Source: Candidatus Marinacidobacterium sp. (GTDB taxonomy: Bacteria > Acidobacteriota > Vicinamibacteria > Marinacidobacterales > Marinacidobacteraceae). Taken from it: DNA of 64,000 nt. A program made the position numbers and the translations under genes. Under the pieces are notes generated by a model, which did no database searches, was not told where the DNA came from, and worked only from the letters and a program-made list of their open reading frames with translations. This document shows, piece after piece, positions 57,479 through 64,000 of the stretch (its first letter is position 1; every line of letters begins with the position of its first letter). The stretch is from assembly GCA_965204755.1 (NCBI GenBank), contig OZ242011.1, positions 1,472,001 through 1,536,000 of the forward strand. Reading direction: 5' to 3'.

Positions 57479-59817
57479 AGGCGCCTGGAGAGGCGAAGGA
57501 GGCAGGCGCGGCAGGGGCCCACGGCGGCGCGGCGGGCGCGGGGCGGCCGCCCGGGCCGGGCGCCGGCCGCGCGGCGGGGATCCTGGCGGCGGCGCTCGCG
57601 GCGGCGGGAATCGCCGCGGCGCCCGGGATCGCCGCGGAGGAGCGGCCCGCCGGGAGCGGCGGGGCCGAGGGCGGGCGACCGGCCCGGGGTGAGCGGCCCG
57701 CCGAAGGCGGCGGACCGAGCGAAGGCCGCCGGCGCGCCGGGATCGGCCGCCTCTTCGAGGGTCGGGCGGCGGCGACCACCGGTTCCTCGTCCCGCCTCGT
57801 CGAGCGCCCCGGCGCCGAGGAGCACGCCGCAGCCCGGCAACGGCTCGACGCCGGCGACTTCGCCGGGGCGGTCGAATCGGCCTTCGACGCGCTGCTCCGC
57901 TCCCGGGAGTTCGCGCCGGAGGATTGGGGCGGCGAAGCGCCGGAGGGGAACCTCGTGCTCGACGACTTCGCCGGAGCGGCGGCCGCCGCCTACCGGGCAG
58001 CCCGCCAAGCCTACCGGGCGACGCTCGCTGCCGCCCTGGCCGGCGCGGGCGACTTCGCCGGGGCGGAGGCCGAATATCGCCGGCTGATCGCGCTCGACCC
58101 CCGGTCGGAACACCTCGCGAGACTCGCGGACCTCCCCGGCGTCGCGCCGGAGGAGCGGGTCCGGCTGCTCCTCCGCGCCTGGGCCGCTGCGCCGGCGGCG
58201 GAGCGCGGGGCGGCCCTCGAACGCCTCCGGGAGAGCGGCGCCTTCCGCACCGCGAACGGACTCGCCGCCGCCCTCGACCGGTTCCGCTTCGACGATCCGG
58301 ACGCCTTCCGCGGCCGCCCGCCGGAAGGGCTGGAGTTGAGATCGACCCCGTTCCCGCCGCTGACGATCGCGGTCGAAGGGGGCGCGTACTCCACCGGGAG
58401 GTCCTTCGGCGAAGGCCGCTCGCTGCTCCTCTACTTCCCCGGACGCGGCTGTCCCCGCTGCGGGGAGTTGATCGGCGACCTCCAGGTCGTTCTCCGGGAA
58501 CGCCGGGTGGATGTGGTCTTCGCCGCGCAGGACGCGGAACTGCCGCTGCTCCGCCGGGCGGCCGAACTCACCGGCGCGGGCCTCTTCCAGCCGGAGCCGC
58601 ACACCGCCGCCGGCCGTTCGGCGCTCACGCCGCGTCCGGTCGCCCATGTGGCCCGGCGGGCGGCGCTCGACTTCCGACCGGGCCGCGATGCGGAGGAAAC
58701 CCTCTGGCTCGCCGCCCGGGGCGGGCTGAGTGTCCTTCGCGCCCGGCTCGGCGACGGGGATTCGCCGCGGCGGCTGGTGGCCGCCCTGTTCGACTTCCTC
58801 GACGATTCGCCGGTCGCCGGCCGCCCGGAACCGCTTTCCTCGGCGCCCGCGGACTCCGACTCCCCCGAGTCGCTGATCGAGGCGCTCCGCCGGCTCGAGG
58901 CCGGCGGGGAGCCGCTCGCCGACCTCGAACGGGCGCTCCTCGGGAGCGTGCGGAGCCGGGTGCGGCAGGAAGCGGAACCGGCGGAATTCGCGCGCCGGTT
59001 GCTGGCGTCCGCCGCCGGGCTTCGCGGGAGTACCGGAACCAAATTGCGCCTCCTCGGGGCGATGGCCCCCGAGTTCGGGACGCGGTCGCTGGAAGCCGCG
59101 CAGGCCCGCGACGCGCTGGTGATCGGGCCGGCCTCCGGCGGCAGGGTCGCCGTCGCCGTCGGAAGCGGGGCGGGCGAGGGTTGGACGGCGGCGCTGCGCG
59201 AGTACGAGAGGTACGGCGGCGGCCGGCGGGTCCTCGCGGTGACGACCCGGGAGGTCCCGGGCGGCGGCCCGGGAATCGTTCGGGCCCTCGACCTGTTCGC
59301 CGGGCGGGTCGGGAGGGCGGCGGCGCGGGAGGACGGATTCGCGTTCTCCTGGCGCGAAGGCCCCGACCGGACGAGTTGCGCGGCCTGGGGGCCGCCGACC
59401 GGCCCGCTGGAGCGGCTCTGCCCGGCCCAAATCGGCCCCGCAGGCGAAATCCTCGTCCGAACGCCGCAACTGGTCGCCTTCCCCGGCGAGAGCGATCCGC
59501 CGGCGGGCGGGCCGGAGACGCTCCTGCGGGCCGACGGCGGCGCAGACGCGCCGGAAGCGGCGCTTCTCGGCGCCGGCCGGGAGGCGGCCGCCGCCGGGGA
59601 TCTCGCCGCCGCCGAGACCGCGTTCCGGGGGGCGCTCGAAGCTATCGGGCCGGGTTCCCCGGTGGATGCGGCGGCGGTCCGCTACGACCTGGCCGTCGTC
59701 CGGGCCGCCCGCGGGGAGCGGGACGAAGCGCTCGCGAGGTTGCTCGCGCTCGGGGACGCTTCCTTCCCGGCGACGCTCGAACAGGCCGTCGCCCGGCTCT
59801 ACCGGGAAGGCCGGTAG
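57475..59817 (+). CDS. Secreted TPR-containing hypothetical protein with thioredoxin-like CxxC (780 aa)
   Basis: ATGA overlap with slt; signal-like N-terminus, TPR-like AGDFAGAEAEYRRLIALDP and AGDLAAAETAFRGAL, LLLYFPGRGCPRC. Confidence 0.65.
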   Translation: MKAPGEAKEAGAAGAHGGAAGAGRPPGPGAGRAAGILAAALAAAGIAAAPGIAAEERPAGSGGAEGGRPARGERPAEGGGPSEGRRRAGIGRLFEGRAAATTGSSSRLVERPGAEEHAAARQRLDAGDFAGAVESAFDALLRSREFAPEDWGGEAPEGNLVLDDFAGAAAAAYRAARQAYRATLAAALAGAGDFAGAEAEYRRLIALDPRSEHLARLADLPGVAPEERVRLLLRAWAAAPAAERGAALERLRESGAFRTANGLAAALDRFRFDDPDAFRGRPPEGLELRSTPFPPLTIAVEGGAYSTGRSFGEGRSLLLYFPGRGCPRCGELIGDLQVVLRERRVDVVFAAQDAELPLLRRAAELTGAGLFQPEPHTAAGRSALTPRPVAHVARRAALDFRPGRDAEETLWLAARGGLSVLRARLGDGDSPRRLVAALFDFLDDSPVAGRPEPLSSAPADSDSPESLIEALRRLEAGGEPLADLERALLGSVRSRVRQEAEPAEFARRLLASAAGLRGSTGTKLRLLGAMAPEFGTRSLEAAQARDALVIGPASGGRVAVAVGSGAGEGWTAALREYERYGGGRRVLAVTTREVPGGGPGIVRALDLFAGRVGRAAAREDGFAFSWREGPDRTSCAAWGPPTGPLERLCPAQIGPAGEILVRTPQLVAFPGESDPPAGGPETLLRADGGADAPEAALLGAGREAAAAGDLAAAETAFRGALEAIGPGSPVDAAAVRYDLAVVRAARGERDEALARLLALGDASFPATLEQAVARLYREGR

Positions 59818-59859
59818 GGAAAGCCCGGCCCGCGCCCCCTCGGCCAGGGGGCGGCGACC

Positions 59860-60951
59860 TCAGTCGGGCGCGGCGAAGACGGCGCGGAGGGCGGCGGCCG
59901 CCGGGCGGACGGTCTCCGGGGTCGCCCAGCCCAAGTGGCCGATGCGGAGGACTTTCCCCGCGAGGCGCCCGAGGCCGCCGGCGAGCGTGACGCCGTGTTC
60001 CTCCCGGAGGCGCGCCGCCGCCGCCGGCCAGTCCGTTTCCGGGGGCAGGTAGGCGGCGGTGACCGTCGGGGACGCCCACTCCTCGGGGGCGACCGCCTCC
60101 AGGCCGGCGCCGGCGATGGCCCGGCGGGCCTCCGCCGCCGCGGCCCGGTGCCGGCGGAAGACGGCTTCCCGGCCCTCTTCGAGCAGGAGCGCGGCGCCGG
60201 CTTCGAGCGCGTGGAACACCGGGAGCGCCGGGGTGAACGGCAGGGTGCCCCGGTTGCGGGCTTCGCGGTAGCGGGCGAAGTCGAAGTAGAAGCGCGGGAG
60301 CCGCGCTTCGGCCTCCCGGGCCTCGGCGCGGGGGGAGGTCCAGACCATCGCCGCCCCGGGAGGAAGCCCCCAAGCCTTCTGCGACGCCGTGAACACCACA
60401 TCGAAGTCGTCCACCGCGAGCGGCGCGGCGCCGAGGCTCGACACCGCGTCCACGAGCGCCAGCGCCCCGCTGAATTCGCGGACGACCCGGAGGAGGGCGT
60501 CCACCGGGTGCAGGACGCCGGTGGAGGTCTCGGAGTGCGTGAGCAGCACCGCCTTCGTCCCGGGTTCCGCGCGGAGCGCCCGGCGCAGGGCCTCCGGGTC
60601 CGCCGGACGGCCCCACTCCGTCTCCAGCGACCGGCACTCCAGGCCGAAGGCCCGCGCCACGCCCAGGAACCGCTCGGCGAACTGGCCTCCCCCGAGACCG
60701 AGGACCCGGTCCCCGGGAGAGAGGTGGTTGGCGAGCGACGCCTCCATCGCCCCGGTGCCGGAAGCGGTCAGCAGCAGCGGCGGGCGCGCGGTTCCGAGGT
60801 ACTGCCGCAGCGACTCGGAGATCCGCTCGAGCAACGCCCGCATCTCCGGCCCCCGGTAGTTCATCGCCGGGCGGGTCATCGCCCGTTCCACCGCCGGGTG
60901 GACCGGGGTGGGCCCGGGAACGAGGAGCGCCGGCGGGTCTCCCCGGCTCAC
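59860..60951 (-). CDS. Class V PLP aminotransferase (alanine-glyoxylate/serine-pyruvate type)
   Basis: LVPGPTP, SGTGAMEA, HSETSTGV, VDAVSSLG, ASQKAW (PLP Lys), LRIGHLG. Confidence 0.92.
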   Translation of the reverse strand: MSRGDPPALLVPGPTPVHPAVERAMTRPAMNYRGPEMRALLERISESLRQYLGTARPPLLLTASGTGAMEASLANHLSPGDRVLGLGGGQFAERFLGVARAFGLECRSLETEWGRPADPEALRRALRAEPGTKAVLLTHSETSTGVLHPVDALLRVVREFSGALALVDAVSSLGAAPLAVDDFDVVFTASQKAWGLPPGAAMVWTSPRAEAREAEARLPRFYFDFARYREARNRGTLPFTPALPVFHALEAGAALLLEEGREAVFRRHRAAAAEARRAIAGAGLEAVAPEEWASPTVTAAYLPPETDWPAAAARLREEHGVTLAGGLGRLAGKVLRIGHLGWATPETVRPAAAALRAVFAAPD

Positions 60952-62504
60952 ATCGTCAGGATCGCGGCGAAGAGGACCACCGAGCGGAAGAAGTGGCCGA
61001 GGCGCAGGTTCTCGTTCGGGCTGTGCTGGTTGTTGTCGTGGTTCACCGTCGGGATCATGAGCGCCGGAACGCCGAGCGCCTCCACGAAGGGCGCGATGGG
61101 AACGGTGCCGCCGCTGGTGCGCTTCCGCACCGGCGCTTCGCCGGCGGCCTCCGCGAGGGCCTCGACCGGACGCGCGGCGACCGGGTGGTCGAGCGGGGTG
61201 CGGAAGGCGTTGGTCCCGGCCCGCCGGGTCAGGCGGACCAGCCGCGGGTGCTGCCGCCGGTCGTCTTCCGAGGGTTCCCGGTCGAGGACGACATAGCCGG
61301 CGGACTCGATGAAGCCCCGGACCAGGTCGAACATCCGGTCGGCGGGGGTCTCGGCCACCAGCCGGACATCCAGCGCCGCGGTGGCGGTCGCCGGAACGAT
61401 CGTCCGCGCCTCGGCCCCCACCCAGGCGCTTTCCAGCCCGCGCACATTGAGCGACGGGAACTGGATCGCTTCCTGGAGCGACTCTCCCACCCGGTCGGCC
61501 TCGGCGAAGCCGAGGGCGCGGCGGAGCGCCGGGAGGTCGTCCGGGACGGCCTCGAGCGCCGCCCGCTCCTCCGGGGTGAACTCGATCCCGTCGTAGAAGC
61601 CGGGGATGAGGACGCGCCCGTCCGGGCCCTTCATCGAGGCCAGGAGTTGCGCCAACCGGACCGCCGGGTTCGGCGCCCAGTTCCCGTAATGGCCGCTGTG
61701 GAGCGGGACGCGCGGGCCGTACACGATGAGTTCGAGCGGCAGGATGCCCCGGGCGCCGAAACTGACCGTGGGGCGGCCGCTCTGGTGGAGCGGGCCGTCG
61801 AGGATCAGCATCGCGTCGGCGGCGAACCGGCCGCGGTAGCGGTCGATGGCCGGGACCAGGTTCGGCGACCCGGCCTCTTCCTCGCCGTCGAGGACGACCT
61901 TGAGATGGCTGGAGACGCCGATACCGGCGGATTCCAGCGCGTCCAGCGCTCCCAGGAAGGCGATGATCGGGGCGCTGTCGTCGGCGACCGATCGGGCGTA
62001 GATGCGGTCGTCCGGGGAGAACACCTCGCTCGCCTCGAGGTCGAGCCGTTCCGCCCCGTCTTCGAGGGCGCCGGAGCGCAGGATCGGCCGGAAGGGGTCC
62101 TCCTGCGCCCAGCGCGACGGGTCCACCGGCTGCCCGTCGTAGTGGAAATAGACGAGGAGCGTCCGCTCGGCGCCCGGCGCCGGCCGCTCCCCGAAGACCA
62201 GCGGGTTGCCGTCGGTCTCCAGCAGTTCGGCGGCGAAGCCCCGCCGGGCGAAGCCGTCGCGCAGCCGCTCCGCCTTTCGCCGGATGTTCTCCCGGTCCGC
62301 CGCCACCGAAGGGATGGAAACGACCTCGACCAGTTCGCGGACGAGTTCCGCCTGGCGGGCCTCGGTGAACGCTTCGACGGTCTCGCGGAGGTCCTGCGCG
62401 GCCGCGGCGGATGCGAAGGCGAGAAGCGCCGCGGCGACCGGGACAGGGAGGAGGGCCGGGAGCGCCGCCCGGCGGCGGTCGCGAGTCCCGGCCGGGGCGC
62501 TCAA
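60948..62504 (-). CDS. M20/M25/M40 family metallopeptidase (secreted)
   Basis: TTG overlapping upstream TGA; YFHYDGQP, YARSVADD, DGEEEAGS, LHSGHYG, NNQHSPNEN. Confidence 0.9.
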   Translation of the reverse strand: MSAPAGTRDRRRAALPALLPVPVAAALLAFASAAAAQDLRETVEAFTEARQAELVRELVEVVSIPSVAADRENIRRKAERLRDGFARRGFAAELLETDGNPLVFGERPAPGAERTLLVYFHYDGQPVDPSRWAQEDPFRPILRSGALEDGAERLDLEASEVFSPDDRIYARSVADDSAPIIAFLGALDALESAGIGVSSHLKVVLDGEEEAGSPNLVPAIDRYRGRFAADAMLILDGPLHQSGRPTVSFGARGILPLELIVYGPRVPLHSGHYGNWAPNPAVRLAQLLASMKGPDGRVLIPGFYDGIEFTPEERAALEAVPDDLPALRRALGFAEADRVGESLQEAIQFPSLNVRGLESAWVGAEARTIVPATATAALDVRLVAETPADRMFDLVRGFIESAGYVVLDREPSEDDRRQHPRLVRLTRRAGTNAFRTPLDHPVAARPVEALAEAAGEAPVRKRTSGGTVPIAPFVEALGVPALMIPTVNHDNNQHSPNENLRLGHFFRSVVLFAAILTM

Positions 62505-63589
62505 TTGGGGAGCCCGGGCCCCCGGTCCGTGATCTCGCTGTCCGGTGGGACGCCGAGGAGACTGCGGTCGAGGGAGAACTCGTAGATCGTGTTCGAGGTC
62601 GCCACCGCCAGGAGGCCCTTGTGGTCGAGCGCCACCCCGACCACCGGCGGCCCCGCGATGATCCGGCGGGCGCCGGCGGGGGAGAACAGGAACACGCCGG
62701 CGTCGCCGGCCAAGCCCTCGGCGACGAAGCAGCGGTCCCGTTCGTCGAAGGCGATCCCCTGCGGCCGACCGAAGCCGCAGTGCACCCGGCAGGGCTGGCC
62801 GCCCGGCCCGAATTCCACGATCTGGTCGCGGGAGGAGAGGGTCGGGCCGGCGACGAACAGGCCTCCTGCCGAGTTGAACGCCAGGTGGTACGCCGAAATC
62901 GAGGGGCGGAGATGCGAGAACACCTCGACCTGGCCGTCGGGGCCGTCCACCTGGTACAGCGTGCCGTCCCGGTCGCCGATCAGCAGCCGGCCGTCGGGGG
63001 CGAAGGTGATTCCGGTGGCGCAGCCGAGTTCCTCGGCGAACACCTGGAACGACTCCGAGTCGTCCATCCGGTACACCCGGCCGTCCTCGCGCGACGAGAC
63101 ATAGAGCGTGTCGTCCGGGCCCCAGGCCAGGCCGGTGGGGTTGACGATGCCTTCGCCGAGCGGTTCCGGCTCCCGGCGGCGGCGGAGCCGGTAGATCGGG
63201 TTGGGGACGCGCTCCGAGCGGCGGCCGCTGAAGGTGGCGTAGAGGATGCCCCGCCGGTCGAAGACCGGGTTCGCCACCATGTCGAGGTCCTCGGCGAAGG
63301 CGCGGCCGATCGCCACCGGGAAGGGGTCGGTTTCCCGGCCCCCCACGGCGACGCGGATCTCTTCCCCGGCCCCCGGGGGCACGCGAACCCCGATCCGGGT
63401 GGAGGAAACCCGGCACACATGGGCTTCCTGCTCGCCGAAGAACACGCGGAGCCGGGACGCTTGGTCCACGGCGAAACCGCGGCCGCCGATGTCCAGCCGG
63501 CCGCCCGGGATCGCATGACGCGGCCAGACCCGCTCCACCGCCAGCCGCCGCCGGGGCCGCCGCTCCGTATCGGTGGCGGCGGGAGGCAT
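62501..63589 (-). CDS. IPT/TIG domain + NHL/SMP-30-like beta-propeller protein
   Basis: PGGRLDIGGRGF..VFFG..IGVRVP (TIG); NPTGLAW, ATGITF, RPQGIAFD repeats. Confidence 0.8.
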   Translation of the reverse strand: MPPAATDTERRPRRRLAVERVWPRHAIPGGRLDIGGRGFAVDQASRLRVFFGEQEAHVCRVSSTRIGVRVPPGAGEEIRVAVGGRETDPFPVAIGRAFAEDLDMVANPVFDRRGILYATFSGRRSERVPNPIYRLRRRREPEPLGEGIVNPTGLAWGPDDTLYVSSREDGRVYRMDDSESFQVFAEELGCATGITFAPDGRLLIGDRDGTLYQVDGPDGQVEVFSHLRPSISAYHLAFNSAGGLFVAGPTLSSRDQIVEFGPGGQPCRVHCGFGRPQGIAFDERDRCFVAEGLAGDAGVFLFSPAGARRIIAGPPVVGVALDHKGLLAVATSNTIYEFSLDRSLLGVPPDSEITDRGPGLPN

Positions 63590-63735
63590 GGGCGAGTCGG
63601 GAGGTTAGCAGCCGGTCGGCGGGCGCCGAGGCGCCTTCGACGCGGAGCCGGGTGGCCGGGATTCCCCACTGATCCCCTACTTCGGCGAGCGGCTCGCGCT
63701 GTGGAAAACTCACCGGCTTCCCGAAGGGGCCACCG

Positions 63736-64000
63736 ATCACCGAACCGAATGGGACCGCCGGCAGCGCCGACCGGGGAAGCGTCTCCGGCGGGCCGCCGAC
63801 CGGGCCCGGGCGCCCGCCGATCGCGGTCATCGGCGGCAGCAGCGCTTCCGACGCCGTCCTCGCGCTCGCCGAAGCCGTCGGGCGGGAGATCGCCGCGTCC
63901 GGGTCTCCGCTCGTCTGCGGGGGGCTGGGCGGGGTGATGGAGGCCGCCTGCCGGGGCGCGGAGGCCGCCGGGGGGCTCACCATCGGGTTGCTGCCGGGAA
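63736..64000 (+). CDS. TIGR00725 family (LOG/SLOG-like) protein, runs off window
   Basis: Manual translation IAVIGGSSAS..VGREIA..LVCGGLGGVMEAACRGA..GLTIGLLPG; no canonical in-frame start (ATC 63736 proposed). Confidence 0.8.
   Translation, partial: MTEPNGTAGSADRGSVSGGPPTGPGRPPIAVIGGSSASDAVLALAEAVGREIAASGSPLVCGGLGGVMEAACRGAEAAGGLTIGLLPG

Noticed and set aside
55111-59817. Apparent giant ORFs or fusions in the ORF track (55111..59817, 60948..63983, 46891..49071, 16242..19094, 3369..5522)
   Set aside because: N-terminal parts are off-frame read-through over the upstream gene; real starts are at short stop/start overlaps.
1-64000. CRISPR array, integrase, transposase or prophage
   Set aside because: No regularly spaced repeats, cas genes, recombinase motifs or phage genes seen.

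Overview
64 kb of a very GC-rich (about 70-75% by eye) bacterial chromosome. The ADOP-type permease, VPS10/BNR protein and ankyrin, Calx-beta, TPR and metzincin proteins suggest an Acidobacteriota genome, possibly host (e.g. sponge) associated; this is inference. Most of it is housekeeping or accessory metabolism: a leucine/acyclic-terpene carboxylase operon, asparaginase, DmpA peptidase, phytoene/squalene synthase, gabD, tenA, transporters, carD, plsC, pckA, gpmA, amtB-PII-glnA, a lytic transglycosylase, tRNA-Met, tRNA-Leu(CAA) and tmRNA. Highlights: (1) a lower-GC five-gene candidate defence/restriction-modification cassette at 44081-49510 (GHKL/MORC-like ATPase, unknown protein, DUF6339-like protein, C5-cytosine methyltransferase, Vsr). 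Its ATPase is split by a C16 tract in the OFF frame and its vsr has a 1-nt frameshift. (2) Window-wide near-absence of ACGT and AGCT, replaced by their m5C-deamination products. (3) An HTH-ImmA/IrrE + DUF4411 PIN module inserted inside the carboxylase operon. (4) A tandem array of three secreted metzincin paralogs with a Calx-beta lipoprotein. All family calls come from motif recognition by eye, not database searches.
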